64,000 nucleotides of DNA from Candidatus Nanopelagicales bacterium (GTDB taxonomy: Bacteria > Actinomycetota > Actinomycetes > S36-B12). The position numbers were made by a program, and so were the translations under genes. How positions within the stretch are numbered: position 1 is the stretch's first letter; every line of letters starts with the position of its first letter. The DNA lies in assembly GCA_030827125.1 (NCBI GenBank), contig JAURFD010000003.1, positions 193,607 through 257,606 on the forward strand. The letters are read 5' to 3'. Shown here piece by piece: positions 1-10,263 of the stretch. Under the pieces are notes generated by a model. That model had not been told where the DNA came from. It did not search any database and worked only from the letters and a program-made list of their open reading frames with translations.

Positions 1-6
1 GCTGCG

Positions 7-1044
7 TCACTCCGCGACGCGGACGATCACCTTCATCGCGGCGGGATCTTCACGCGAGTAGGTCAGGGCGGCTTCCACGTGATCGAGACCGAAGGTCTTC
101 GACACCAGTGCGTCGAGATCTACGGCGCCGGACGCCACCAGCGCGACCGCCTTCGGATAGGTGTGCGCATAGCGGAAGGTGCCGGTGAGCCATAGTTCGC
201 GACTCTGGATGACACCCACCGGCAGTTCGACCATGGCGTTCGGGGACATACCGACCAGCACGACCTTGCCTGCGGGAACGACACAACGAATCCCGTCGGC
301 AATGGCCGATGGAGCACCGCTGCACTCGAGCAGGACATCGGCGTCAACGATCCCCGGGAGCGACTCGTCCGCCGCGTTGATCACCGTGAATCCCAACTCG
401 GCAGCACGGGCAAGGCGCTGCGGATTGACATCGCTGATGGTCACCTCGGTGGCGCCGTTTGCTCGCGCGACGAGGCCGGCCATGACTCCGACCGGGCCCG
501 CGCCGGTGATGAGGACTCGCGTGCCGAGTCGCACGTCGCCCTTTTCGCAGGCCCACACGCCAACGGAGAGCGGCTCGAGGAGCGCGGCCGCGTCGAAAGA
601 CACGTGATCGGGGACGGGATGGACGAAGGCACTCGGCAACGTGACGTATTCGGCAAAGGCGCCATCGACCGGCGGAGTAGCGAAGAACTGCACATCGGGG
701 CAGAGGTTGTAGCGACCGAGGCGGCATTGCTCGCATGCGCCGCATGGCACGCCCGGCTCCATCGCCACCCGATCACCCACCGCGATGCCAGTAACGCCTT
801 CGCCGAGGGCCACGACCTCGCCGGAGGCCTCATGGCCGAGCACAAGCGGAGACTCGACGATGAAGTCCGCGATGCGGCCGTGTTCGAAGTAGTGGATGTC
901 GCTGCCGCATACGCCGACCGACCGCACGCGGACGAGCACCTCCCCCGGACCGGGCTCGGGGACGGGCCGTTCCTCGACGCGGAGCGTCAACTCCGTGTCG
1001 AGGACGCTGACGCGCTGGGCGGACGGACGATCATGACCACTCAC
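7..1044 (-). CDS. Zn-dependent NAD(P) alcohol/polyol dehydrogenase (MDR family, sorbitol/L-idonate dehydrogenase-like)
   Basis: 345-aa ORF. Catalytic-Zn motifs GVCGSDIHY and GHEASGEV, structural-Zn cluster CGACEQCRLGRYNLC, Rossmann ITGAGPVG. GTG start overlaps the upstream stop by 14 nt. Confidence 0.85.
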   Translation of the reverse strand: MSGHDRPSAQRVSVLDTELTLRVEERPVPEPGPGEVLVRVRSVGVCGSDIHYFEHGRIADFIVESPLVLGHEASGEVVALGEGVTGIAVGDRVAMEPGVPCGACEQCRLGRYNLCPDVQFFATPPVDGAFAEYVTLPSAFVHPVPDHVSFDAAALLEPLSVGVWACEKGDVRLGTRVLITGAGPVGVMAGLVARANGATEVTISDVNPQRLARAAELGFTVINAADESLPGIVDADVLLECSGAPSAIADGIRCVVPAGKVVLVGMSPNAMVELPVGVIQSRELWLTGTFRYAHTYPKAVALVASGAVDLDALVSKTFGLDHVEAALTYSREDPAAMKVIVRVAE

Positions 1045-1975
1045 GGTGGCTCCTCTCCGCGTGGGCCGGGCCAGCGGATCGTGGCCGGTGCCCCGTCAGT
1101 ATGCCGACTCCTGGTCGAAGGCTCTGCGCCAGAGCCGTGAGCGTGGCGATCACGCGCCCACGCAGCGGCGCGGTGTCTTCCATGAGCAGCCGCTGCTCAT
1201 GCGCATACTCCTGCCGCCCCTCGGGTGTCTCGACGCGAATGGCGGTCAGCCCAAAGCGCGTCACGTCATACGGAGAGGACCGCATGTCGAGTTCCCGCGC
1301 GCGTGCCGCGTTGGCGAAGCAGTCGACGACGAGATCCGATGGGACCAGCGGCGAGAACCAGAAGGCGTACTTGTACAGATCCATCGCCGCGTGTATACAG
1401 CCGGGCTGTTCGTGGTCTACCTGCGTGTCCCGCGTCGGTGTCACGGTATTGAGGGGCACCGCGGGAGCCGTGAAGAATCTGTAGGCGTCAAGATGTGTGC
1501 AACGCAGCCCGAGATTCTCGATGGTCTCGCCGATGACCTCGGGCGAGACACGCAAAGGCAGGGCGGAGTGACGCAACTCCTCCTGGGTCAGGCGGTACGT
1601 CATGGCCCACTCGTGTAGTGCGAAGCACCCTCGCACCGGCGGGCGAGTTGCCGTGGCGCGAAGTATGGCGATCGCCTGCTCAAGTCGCTCACGGCGTCGC
1701 GCCAGCCACGCGATGTCGGCGGTCACCCCGTCGCCTTCGGCTCGATAGCCTGACAGAGCGAGATACTGGCGCGCCTGCGTCCCTTCGAGGATGACGCCGT
1801 ATCCCGGATGCCAGGTGGACAGTTTGCCCGGCGAATACGGGTAGTAGTCGAAGAGGAAGTCCTCGACCGCGTTCTTGTCACCGCGGGGTTGGCGTTCGAG
1901 TCGGCCCGAGACCCACGGCTCGACCCGCTCGCGATGCGCCTGCGCCAGCGGCAACCACTCCGAAGGGTGCATCAC
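1031..1975 (-). CDS. Conserved actinobacterial protein of unknown function (from memory, a family often auto-annotated as 3-methyladenine DNA glycosylase; not verifiable here)
   Basis: 314-aa ORF with coding-like composition. Motifs FLFDYYPYSPG and HEWAM. Start abuts the sulfotransferase stop with no gap. Confidence 0.55.
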   Translation of the reverse strand: MMHPSEWLPLAQAHRERVEPWVSGRLERQPRGDKNAVEDFLFDYYPYSPGKLSTWHPGYGVILEGTQARQYLALSGYRAEGDGVTADIAWLARRRERLEQAIAILRATATRPPVRGCFALHEWAMTYRLTQEELRHSALPLRVSPEVIGETIENLGLRCTHLDAYRFFTAPAVPLNTVTPTRDTQVDHEQPGCIHAAMDLYKYAFWFSPLVPSDLVVDCFANAARARELDMRSSPYDVTRFGLTAIRVETPEGRQEYAHEQRLLMEDTAPLRGRVIATLTALAQSLRPGVGILTGHRPRSAGPAHAERSHREWS

Positions 1976-2860
1976 TCAGGCGGGACGCGGCACGCCTGCA
2001 GCGTCGAGTTCGGCGAGGATCTCCTCATAGCGCCGATCGATGCGCTGAGCCGTGGCGTCGTCGTAGTCGCGTCGCCACCGACCCACGTGGGCCTGCTCGG
2101 GCACCACCTTGGCGTCGAACCACTCACGCATACGCCGATCCTCGCGCAGTTCCAGGCCGGTGCAGATGCGCTCGAGGGTCCCCTCGCGGTCAGTCACCGC
2201 AAGTTCATGCAAATCCACGCGGATCACCGAGCCCGGCGGGCAGGCCTGCTCGGCGCGGTGCGCCTCGATCATGCGCTCACGCCAGGCCTCGAGCGCTTCA
2301 AAGACATCGGCCGGCCCGAACGGCTTGGAGACAAAGGAGGCGGCGACATCGCGCCCGTCACGCATCATGTGCACGACCTTGCCCTCCGGGAATAGCGCGA
2401 GGACGCGATCGGCAGCTCGAGCGTTCGCCGGTGTCGTGTCGACCCATCGACCCTCCGGATCACGGCGCACGTGCGAGGACACGATCGTCTCGACGAACCT
2501 GCGTGACGCGATGAACGGGTCCCCGGTGAACTCCCCCAGATAGACGTCACATACCTGTTGCATCGCTGTGCGATCGAAGCGACGGAAAAGCCCCGAGGTG
2601 GCGCCGGAGGGCTTGGTGCGGATGTACCAGTGATCCCACAGATTGGTGACGACCTGCTGCGGGGAGACAAGTCCGGCGTAGGCGTCTGCCACACCCCCGG
2701 TCGACGCCACAAAGCGCAACTCACGGGGATTCGTCGAACCTACATCCCGGTGGTGGCCGAGAAGTCGCCCGGCAATCGTGGTCCCACTGCGCCCGGTCCC
2801 CCCGACGAAGATCGGCAGGTAGGGGGCGTCCCGAACGACGACCTCGCTGAGATCCTTCAC
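1976..2860 (-). CDS. Sulfotransferase family protein (PAPS-dependent type)
   Basis: 294 aa. 5'-phosphosulfate-binding loop GGTGRSGTT near the N-terminus and 3'-phosphate motif [14 protein letters not shown] start overlaps the secA TGA (GTGA). Confidence 0.7.
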   Translation of the reverse strand: MKDLSEVVVRDAPYLPIFVGGTGRSGTTIAGRLLGHHRDVGSTNPRELRFVASTGGVADAYAGLVSPQQVVTNLWDHWYIRTKPSGATSGLFRRFDRTAMQQVCDVYLGEFTGDPFIASRRFVETIVSSHVRRDPEGRWVDTTPANARAADRVLALFPEGKVVHMMRDGRDVAASFVSKPFGPADVFEALEAWRERMIEAHRAEQACPPGSVIRVDLHELAVTDREGTLERICTGLELREDRRMREWFDAKVVPEQAHVGRWRRDYDDATAQRIDRRYEEILAELDAAGVPRPA

Positions 2861-5649
2861 TGCCGCTTGCGGTTGGCTCGCTGGGCACGACGACGTTCGG
2901 CGCGGCTGGCGTTCGGATCGATCTCGATTTCCTCCCCATCGCTCGCCAATTCCTCGCGGGTAACACCGCCGCCCTCCGACGGAGCGGAGTACTCCAGTCG
3001 CTGCGGCCGCTGCGGCCCTAGGCCGGGCGCGGTGACCTTCGGGGCCACCTTCGGAGCCGCTTGCGCGGCGGCGGCGATCGACTGCACCGCGGCGGACGTG
3101 GTGGCGTCCTGCACGGACTCCGCCACCTCGGCAGCATCCTCGGACACGGGAGCGGGCGACTGCACCTCAACGTGGAAGAGGAAGCCGACGGTCTCCTCCT
3201 TGATGCCGTCCATCATCGCGTTGAAGAGTTCGTAACCCTCGCGCTGGTACTCGATGAGTGGATCACGCTGGGCCATGGCGCGCAGGCCAATGCCGTCGCG
3301 CAGGTAGTCCATCTCGTAGAGGTGCTCGCGCCACTTGCGATCCAGCACAGACAAGATGACGCGGCGCTCAAGTTCACGCGTCACCTCGACGCCCAGCTCG
3401 GCTTCCCGCTGGTCGTAGGCGAGATGGATGTCGTTGGTGAGTTCGTCGACGAGGAACTCACCCGTCAGCCCCGCGCGACCGCCGCCGGATTGCTCCTCGA
3501 GTTCTTCAATGGTGACCTCGACCGGGTAGAGCTGGCTGAGAGCCGTCCACAGTTGCTCCAGATCCCAACTTTCTGGGTAGCCCTCCGCTGTGGCGGCCCG
3601 CACATATCCGGTGACGACGTCATCCATGAAGGTGCGGACCTGCTCGTGGATGTCCTCGCCCTCGAGCACGCGGCGGCGCTCGTCGTATACCACGAGCCGC
3701 TGACGGTTGAGGACGTCGTCGTACTTCAGGACGTCCTTGCGGATCTCGAAGTTCTGGGCCTCGACATTGGTCTGCGCCGAGCGAATGGCGTTGGTGACCA
3801 TCTTGGCCTCGATCGGCACATCGTCAGGGACGTTGAACCGGCGCAGGAAGGCGTCCACCATGTCGGCCTTGAACAGGCGCATGAGGTCGTCCTCGAGCGA
3901 GAGATAGAAACGGGTCTCACCAGGATCACCCTGGCGACCCGAGCGGCCGCGCAACTGGTTGTCGATGCGGCGGGACTCATGTCGCTCGGTGCCCAGGACA
4001 TACAGTCCGCCGAGTTCGACCACCTCATCGTGCTCGGCGCGCACGGATTCCTCTGCCGCCTTCAGGGCTTCGGGCCACGCAGCTTCGTAGGCCTCCGGCT
4101 CCTCCACCGGATCGAGTCCGCGACGCTCGAGCTCCTGCGCGGCACGGAACTCGGTGTTGCCGCCGAGCATGATGTCGGTTCCACGACCGGCCATGTTGGT
4201 GGCCACCACGACAGCGCCCTTGCGACCCGCTTCGGCAACGATGGCCGCCTCGCGCTCGTTGTTCTTGGCGTTGAGGACCTCGTGCCGCACGCCGCGCTTC
4301 TTGAGCTCATTCGAGATGATCTCGCTCTTCTGCACGCTGGTCGTGCCCACGAGAACCGGCTGCCCGAGTTCGTGGCGCTCCTCGATGTCGTCGATCACGG
4401 CGGAGTACTTGGCCGCCTCGGTGCGGTAGACCAAGTCGGGTTCGTCTAGGCGCACCATGGGCCGGTTCGTGGGAATGGGCACCACGCCGAGCGTGTAGAT
4501 CTGGTGGAACTCGGCCGCTTCGGTCATCGCGGTACCGGTCATGCCGGAGAGCTTGTCGTACAGACGAAAATAGTTTTGCAGCGTGACCGTGGCCAGCGTC
4601 TGGTTCTCCGCTTTGATCTCCACGCCCTCTTTGGCCTCGATGGCCTGATGAAGACCCTCGTTGTAGCGGCGGCCCTTTAAGAGGCGGCCGGTGTGTTCGT
4701 CGACGATGAGGATCTCGCCTTCGAGGATGACGTAGTCGCGGTCGCGCTTGAACAGTTCCTTGGCGCGGATGGCGTTGTTGAGGAAGCCCACGAGCGGGGT
4801 GTTGACCGTGTCGTACAGGTTGTCGATCCCGAGTTGGTCCTCGACCTTGTCGATCGCCGCCTCGAGGACACCGATGGTCTTCTTCTTCTCGTCAACCTCG
4901 TAGTCCTCGTCCTTCTTCAGCAGACGAGCGATGCGGGCGAACTCGGCGTACCACTTTGTGGGCTGGTCGGCCGGCCCGCTGATGATCAACGGTGTGCGGG
5001 CTTCGTCGATGAGGATGGAGTCGACCTCGTCGACCACCGCGAAGTTGTGGCCGCGCTGGACCATCTCTTCCGTCGACCAGGCCATGTTGTCGCGCAGATA
5101 GTCGAAGCCGAATTCGTTGTTGGTGCCGTAGGTGATGTCTGCGGCATAGGCCACCCGACGTTCGGCCGGCGTCATGTGCGCGAGGATGACCCCCACTTCG
5201 AGGCCGAGGAAGCGATGAATGCGCCCCATCCACTCCGAGTCGCGCTCAGCGAGGTAGTCGTTGACCGTGACGACGTGTACGCCGTTGCCGGTCAAGGCAT
5301 TGAGGTAGGACGGAAGCGTCGCGACCAGGGTCTTGCCCTCGCCGGTGCGCATCTCAGCGATATTGCCGAGGTGAAGTGCCGCTCCACCCATGATCTGGAC
5401 GTCGTAGTGGCGCTGGCCCAGGGTGCGGCGCGCCGCCTCCCGGACGGTGGCGAAGGCCTCGGGCAGCAGCTCGTCCAAGGACTCGCCCTCCGCGATGCGC
5501 TTCTTGTATTCACCCGTGAGGGCACGCAACTCCTCGTCGCTCATGGCGACGAAGTCGTCCTCGATGGCGTTCACCTGCCGAGCGATTCCATCGAGGGTGC
5601 GGAGGGTCTTGCCCTCACCGGCGCGGAGGATCTTGTCCAAAATGCCCAC
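2857..5649 (-). CDS. secA: Preprotein translocase ATPase SecA
   Basis: 930 aa. Canonical N-terminus [18 protein letters not shown]-like motor motifs MRTGEGKTL and [20 protein letters not shown], and a basic C-terminal tail. Confidence 0.97.
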   Translation of the reverse strand: MGILDKILRAGEGKTLRTLDGIARQVNAIEDDFVAMSDEELRALTGEYKKRIAEGESLDELLPEAFATVREAARRTLGQRHYDVQIMGGAALHLGNIAEMRTGEGKTLVATLPSYLNALTGNGVHVVTVNDYLAERDSEWMGRIHRFLGLEVGVILAHMTPAERRVAYAADITYGTNNEFGFDYLRDNMAWSTEEMVQRGHNFAVVDEVDSILIDEARTPLIISGPADQPTKWYAEFARIARLLKKDEDYEVDEKKKTIGVLEAAIDKVEDQLGIDNLYDTVNTPLVGFLNNAIRAKELFKRDRDYVILEGEILIVDEHTGRLLKGRRYNEGLHQAIEAKEGVEIKAENQTLATVTLQNYFRLYDKLSGMTGTAMTEAAEFHQIYTLGVVPIPTNRPMVRLDEPDLVYRTEAAKYSAVIDDIEERHELGQPVLVGTTSVQKSEIISNELKKRGVRHEVLNAKNNEREAAIVAEAGRKGAVVVATNMAGRGTDIMLGGNTEFRAAQELERRGLDPVEEPEAYEAAWPEALKAAEESVRAEHDEVVELGGLYVLGTERHESRRIDNQLRGRSGRQGDPGETRFYLSLEDDLMRLFKADMVDAFLRRFNVPDDVPIEAKMVTNAIRSAQTNVEAQNFEIRKDVLKYDDVLNRQRLVVYDERRRVLEGEDIHEQVRTFMDDVVTGYVRAATAEGYPESWDLEQLWTALSQLYPVEVTIEELEEQSGGGRAGLTGEFLVDELTNDIHLAYDQREAELGVEVTRELERRVILSVLDRKWREHLYEMDYLRDGIGLRAMAQRDPLIEYQREGYELFNAMMDGIKEETVGFLFHVEVQSPAPVSEDAAEVAESVQDATTSAAVQSIAAAAQAAPKVAPKVTAPGLGPQRPQRLEYSAPSEGGGVTREELASDGEEIEIDPNASRAERRRAQRANRKRQ

Positions 5650-5658
5650 CGGGTCATC

Positions 5659-6315
5659 CTACGGGGCGGCTCCAGCGGAAGCGTCGTGGTCACCCATGGA
5701 GACAATCCCCTCACGAGCACCGCGGACAACGGCCTCGGTGCGGGATCGGACGCCGAGTTTTTCGAACAGCCGACGTACATGGTTCTTGACGGTGTTTTCG
5801 CTGATCACGAGTTCATCGGCAATTGCCCGGTTGGTGAGCCCACGAGCGAGCGCCTGGAGCACCTGTTGCTCGCGACGCGTGAGTTCCGGTACCGGCGATC
5901 GGGCGCTTGATGTCATCGCTCGCCACAGGCCGCCGCGATGGTCGGCGAGGAGGACGGGGTTGCCGGCACGAACGGTTCGCACGGCCTCCACCAGCCCCAT
6001 CTCCTCGACGTCGCGATCGATGACACCGGTCGCACCCGCGGCAAGGACGGCCATGACATCGACCATCGAGCCGGGTCCTGCCACCACGAGGAACGACCAC
6101 GTAGGTCGTTGACCGACCCACCGCGTGAGCGCCGCGAGATCGGCCGGGTCCGTCGCGAGTCCCCAGAGGCACACCAATTGCTCGGAGTCGGGGAAGCGCG
6201 CGAGGTGCTGCTCATCCGGAACCGATACGACACGGACACCCGTCTCGGCGAGGATCGCCTGGACGCCGCGCCGGAAGACCGGCGAGGAGTCGAAGACCAG
6301 AACACTTGCCCGCAC
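5659..6315 (-). CDS. LuxR/NarL-family regulator with an atypical (pseudo-)receiver domain
   Basis: 218 aa. C-terminal HTH LTRREQQVLQALARGLTNRAIADELVISENTVKNHVRRLFEKLG. The N-terminal receiver-like fold has W-G (LVCLWGL) where the phospho-acceptor Asp is expected. Confidence 0.8.
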   Translation of the reverse strand: MRASVLVFDSSPVFRRGVQAILAETGVRVVSVPDEQHLARFPDSEQLVCLWGLATDPADLAALTRWVGQRPTWSFLVVAGPGSMVDVMAVLAAGATGVIDRDVEEMGLVEAVRTVRAGNPVLLADHRGGLWRAMTSSARSPVPELTRREQQVLQALARGLTNRAIADELVISENTVKNHVRRLFEKLGVRSRTEAVVRGAREGIVSMGDHDASAGAAP

Positions 6316-6374
6316 AGGACCACGTTCTCATTCACTCGCTCACCGCCGCGGGGTTCTGCAGGATCTGTTCAGGC

Positions 6375-7112
6375 TTAGTCGCGGCGGCGCTGTGTGGCCG
6401 CGATCGTGGCAGCAGCCGCCACCTCGGCACCCGCATCCCGCAGCGCTCGGGCTGACTCCGCCAGAGTCGCCCCCGTCGTCACCACATCGTCCACGAGAAT
6501 CACCGGTGTCCCGGGAGCGGGAGCTCGCACACACCTCAAAGCGTGATCCATGTTGCCACGCCGTTCGCGGGCGTTCAGCCCCGACTGATCGCGCGGAATT
6601 CGCTCATGGCTGAGCACGCCAAGCACCAGCGCCCGCGCGCTGAGATCCCTCGGAAGCACCCGGACCGCCAGGTGCGCCACCCGGAGCAGGACATCTTCTC
6701 CGCGACGCCGACGCGACGCCTGGCTCGACGGCACGGGCACCACCGCGATGGTGCGGTCCGACGGGATCTCCTCGAAAGCCTGGACGAGGGAGATGGCCAG
6801 CGCCTGGGCGAGCGGAAGGGCCACATCACGTCGGCCGTGGTCCTTCCACGCCACGATGGCCGCACGCGCCGGGCCGGCGTACCGAGCCGTCGACCGAATC
6901 AGGGGTAGACCGTCTGGAGCGGGCCGCGGCTGGTGCGCGAACGCCGGACCGGCGAGGTGTGCGGTGCACTCGGCACACCAGGCCTCATCAGGACGGCCAC
7001 ATCCGGCGCACAACCACGGCGTGGCAAGGCCGATCAGGTGCCGGGCTGCCACGGGGAGGCCGAGTCGCCATGGTTGCTGTCGGGGCTGCTGTTGCGGCGT
7101 TCGGGCGCGCAT
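6375..7112 (-). CDS. comF: ComF-family phosphoribosyltransferase-domain protein
   Basis: N-terminal Zn-finger CAGCGRPDEAWCAEC and PRPP-binding loop VILVDDVVTTGATL. The track ORF runs to 7262; I chose the internal ATG at 7112 by typical family length. Confidence 0.75.
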   Translation of the reverse strand: MRARTPQQQPRQQPWRLGLPVAARHLIGLATPWLCAGCGRPDEAWCAECTAHLAGPAFAHQPRPAPDGLPLIRSTARYAGPARAAIVAWKDHGRRDVALPLAQALAISLVQAFEEIPSDRTIAVVPVPSSQASRRRRGEDVLLRVAHLAVRVLPRDLSARALVLGVLSHERIPRDQSGLNARERRGNMDHALRCVRAPAPGTPVILVDDVVTTGATLAESARALRDAGAEVAAAATIAATQRRRD

Positions 7113-7318
7113 GGACCGAGCCCATCCGGGCGACGCATCACACGGAAGGGCCCGAGCGGTCGCTGGGGACGACCGGGGCGTGCTGCTCCTGGGGACGACG
7201 ATGTCCCGTTCGGCGGTTGTGCCGGTTGGCCGGTAGGGTGTGACCCACGCCCGGATGGCCATCGAAGCCTCGTGCCGCCGCCCGGCCCACCCGTTTGATC
7301 CTTTCGAGGTGCACAGTT

Positions 7319-8758
7319 ATGCCCACTCCCGATTTCAAGGTCGCTGACCTTTCCCTGGCCCGACTCGGGCGCGATGAGATCCGTTTGGCCGAGCATGAGA
7401 TGCCCGGCCTTATGGCCATGCGTGAGGAGTTCGGCCCGACAAAGCCGCTGAAGGGCGCCCGGATCACCGGCTCCCTGCACATGACGGTGCAGACGGCTGT
7501 TCTCATTGAGACCCTGGTGGAACTCGGCGCTGAGGTGCGCTGGGCCTCCTGCAACATCTTCTCGACCCAAGACCAGGCCGCTGCCGCCGTGGTCGTCGGT
7601 CCCGACGGCACCATCGACGACCCGCGTGGTGTCCCGGTCTACGCCTGGAAGGGCGAGACGCTCGAGGAGTACTGGTGGTGCACCGAGCAGGTGCTGCAGT
7701 GGCCCGATGGCGCCGGCCCCAACATGATCCTGGACGACGGCGGCGACGCCACGCTCCTGGTCCACAAGGGCGTCGAGTTCGAAGCCGCGGGCGTCGTGCC
7801 CAGCACCGATCCCACGGACTCTGAGGAGTACGCCGTCATCTTGGAGACGCTGCGTCGCAGCCTGGCCGCGGATCCGCAGCGCTGGACGACGATCGCCGCC
7901 GGCATTCGCGGTGTGACGGAGGAGACTACGACCGGTGTCCACCGCCTCTACGAGATGCTCAAGGAAGGCCGCCTGCTCTTCCCCGCCATCAACGTCAACG
8001 ACGCGGTGACGAAGTCGAAGTTCGACAACAAGTACGGCTGCCGGCACTCCCTCGTGGATGGCATCAACCGCGCCACCGACGTCCTCATCGGCGGCAAGGT
8101 TGCGGTGATCTGTGGCTACGGCGACGTGGGCAAGGGCAGCGCCGACTCATTGCGCGGTCAGGGCGCTCGCGTCATCGTCACCGAGATCGACCCCATCTGC
8201 GCGCTGCAGGCCGCGATGGACGGCTACCAGGTGGCGCGTATCGAGGATGTGCTCGATACGGCCGACATCTTCATCACGGCGACCGGCTGCAAGGACGTCA
8301 TCACGGCTGAGCACATGGGTCAGATGAAGCACCAGGCGATCGTCGGCAACATCGGGCACTTCGACAACGAGATCGACATGGCCGGGCTCGCCCAACTGTC
8401 CGGTGTCGAGCGCCGCACGATCAAGCCCCAGGTGGATGAGTTCGTGTTCCCGGACGGGCACTCGATCATCATCTTGTCCGAGGGTCGACTGCTCAACCTC
8501 GGCAATGCCACGGGGCATCCGTCGTTCGTCATGTCGAACTCCTTCACCAATCAGGTGCTCGCGCAGATCGAACTCTTCACCCGCCCGGATGAGTACCCCC
8601 TTGGGGTCTACATCCTGCCCAAGCACCTCGACGAGAAGGTCGCGCGCCTGCACCTCGATGCCCTGGGCGCCCGCCTCACCGAGCTTTCCAAGCAGCAGGC
8701 GGAATACATGGGCGTCGACGTTGCGGGGCCGTTCAAGCCCGAGCACTACCGCTACTGA
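7319..8758 (+). CDS. ahcY: Adenosylhomocysteinase (S-adenosyl-L-homocysteine hydrolase)
   Basis: N-terminus [30 protein letters not shown] and NAD site [13 protein letters not shown] at 7319 is preceded by GAGGTG; the track ORF starts 24 nt earlier at a TTG. Confidence 0.95.
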   Translation: MPTPDFKVADLSLARLGRDEIRLAEHEMPGLMAMREEFGPTKPLKGARITGSLHMTVQTAVLIETLVELGAEVRWASCNIFSTQDQAAAAVVVGPDGTIDDPRGVPVYAWKGETLEEYWWCTEQVLQWPDGAGPNMILDDGGDATLLVHKGVEFEAAGVVPSTDPTDSEEYAVILETLRRSLAADPQRWTTIAAGIRGVTEETTTGVHRLYEMLKEGRLLFPAINVNDAVTKSKFDNKYGCRHSLVDGINRATDVLIGGKVAVICGYGDVGKGSADSLRGQGARVIVTEIDPICALQAAMDGYQVARIEDVLDTADIFITATGCKDVITAEHMGQMKHQAIVGNIGHFDNEIDMAGLAQLSGVERRTIKPQVDEFVFPDGHSIIILSEGRLLNLGNATGHPSFVMSNSFTNQVLAQIELFTRPDEYPLGVYILPKHLDEKVARLHLDALGARLTELSKQQAEYMGVDVAGPFKPEHYRY

Positions 8759-8774
8759 TCGACTGATTGACTGA

Positions 8775-9542
8775 TTGACGGTGACCTCCCTGGTGCCACG
8801 GGCCCGACCACCGGCCGACTATCGCGGCTGCCCCATCACGGTGGATCGGGCCCTGGCCCGGGGAGTTATTCTGCGCCCCCCGCGGTGGGGCATCCCTGAC
8901 GCGATCGTCGCCCTGCTCGGCTTCGTCGTGCTCTCGGTCATCGTGGCCGTGGTCGCCGGGCTGATCGGTCTGCCGTTCTGGGTCACCCTCCTGCTCGGTG
9001 TGTTTATCCCCTGGCTCGCCCTAGGTGGCTGGCCGCTCCTCACCACCGCCTTCCAGGGCAACGGTCCCATCATCGACTTGGGCATCATCGTGCGCTGGAA
9101 AGACGTCGGCTGGGGCCTCCTCGGCGGGGTCGCCGCACTTGTCGCGGGAAGTGTCGTGGCCCTCATCGTCCAGGCTGTCGCCGGGGATGTGAGTTCCGCG
9201 GCGGCCGACCTCGGCCAAGACCTACGCAGCGAAGCCGGCCTGATTCCCGTCCTCATCTTCGCCCTTGCCGTGGGCTTCGGCGCACCCATCGTGGAGGAGT
9301 TGGCCTTCCGCGGATTGGGCTACAACGCCCTCGTCAAGCGCGGTCTGCCCACCTACGCGGTCATCATCATCACGACGGTGGCCTTCTCGCTGTTCCACCT
9401 CGAGCCGGTCCGCATCCCCATCCTGCTGGCCAGCGGGGCGATCCTCGCGGTTCTGCGCTGGCAGACCCGCGGAGTCGGGGCCCCGATCGTGGCTCACATG
9501 GTCAACAACCTGCCAGGAGCAGCATTCCTGCTCTGGGGATGA
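8775..9542 (+). CDS. CPBP-family intramembrane glutamic endopeptidase (CAAX protease-like)
   Basis: Polytopic hydrophobic ORF carrying the three family motifs EELAFRG, FSLFH and HMVNN. Confidence 0.7.
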   Translation: MTVTSLVPRARPPADYRGCPITVDRALARGVILRPPRWGIPDAIVALLGFVVLSVIVAVVAGLIGLPFWVTLLLGVFIPWLALGGWPLLTTAFQGNGPIIDLGIIVRWKDVGWGLLGGVAALVAGSVVALIVQAVAGDVSSAAADLGQDLRSEAGLIPVLIFALAVGFGAPIVEELAFRGLGYNALVKRGLPTYAVIIITTVAFSLFHLEPVRIPILLASGAILAVLRWQTRGVGAPIVAHMVNNLPGAAFLLWG

Positions 9543-9554
9543 CACCATGGGGGC

Positions 9555-10232
9555 GTGAGAGGTCGAGTCCTAGTCGTCGATGACGACGTCGCATTGGCCG
9601 AGATGCTCGGCATCGTTCTCCGTGGCGAGGGTTTCGAGGCGACCTTCTGCAGCGACGGCGCCCAGGCCGTTCAGGCGTTCCACGACTCCCGCCCGGACAT
9701 CATCCTGCTGGATCTCATGCTGCCGGGGATGGACGGCATCGATGTGTGCCGTGCGATCCGTCAGGAGTCCGGAGTTCCGATCGTCATGCTGACGGCCAAG
9801 AACGACACGGTGGACGTCGTGCTCGGCCTCGAGTCCGGGGCAGACGACTACATCGTCAAGCCCTTCAAGCCCAAAGAACTCGTGGCTCGCCTGCGCGCAC
9901 GCATTCGCCGCAGCGAGGATCCGAGTGCCGGCACGCTCGAGATCGGTGATCTCACTATCGACGTGGCGGGTCACTCCGTCCGCCGCGGTGACGAACTCAT
10001 CGCACTGACACCGCTCGAGTTCGATCTCCTCGTGTGTCTCGCACGACGACCCGGCCAGGTCTTCAGTCGCGAAGCCCTGCTGCAGGAGGTCTGGGGATAC
10101 CGTCACTCCGCAGACACGCGACTGGTCAACGTCCACGTGCAGCGGCTGCGAGCCAAGATCGAGCACGACCCTGAGCATCCGACGATCGTGCTGACCATCC
10201 GCGGCGTCGGCTACAAGGCGGGACCACCATGA
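9555..10232 (+). CDS. mtrA: OmpR-family response regulator MtrA
   Basis: 225 aa. Receiver VLVVDDD...DIILLDLMLPGMDG...KPF plus a winged-helix C-terminus. Directly precedes mtrB-lpqB. Confidence 0.9.
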   Translation: MRGRVLVVDDDVALAEMLGIVLRGEGFEATFCSDGAQAVQAFHDSRPDIILLDLMLPGMDGIDVCRAIRQESGVPIVMLTAKNDTVDVVLGLESGADDYIVKPFKPKELVARLRARIRRSEDPSAGTLEIGDLTIDVAGHSVRRGDELIALTPLEFDLLVCLARRPGQVFSREALLQEVWGYRHSADTRLVNVHVQRLRAKIEHDPEHPTIVLTIRGVGYKAGPP

Positions 10233-10263
10233 CCGGCCGGCGTCGGTCAACCCGAGGCCGCGG

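Noticed and set aside
3061-4449. Very long ORFs antisense to recognisable genes. Examples: 3061-4449 and 4693-5910 opposite secA; 7034-8047 opposite ahcY; 9570-10652 opposite mtrA/mtrB; 19363-20799 and 21232-22554 opposite the GT2 gene; 23359-24939 opposite fbiC; 24945-26132 opposite fbiA; 28147-29565, 45967-46956, 49237-50085 and 60447-61253.
   Set aside because: High-GC genomes lack stop codons on the antisense strand. The translations are Arg/Gly/Pro/Ala-rich low-complexity strings with no motifs, whereas the opposite strand carries unambiguous family signatures.
7113-7318. Possible SAH riboswitch in the 206-nt region upstream of ahcY.
   Set aside because: I could not find the conserved SAH-element strings (GAGGAGCGCUGC...CAGGCUCGG...AACGGCGCUC) or a convincing pseudoknot arrangement. 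A covariance-model scan would settle it.
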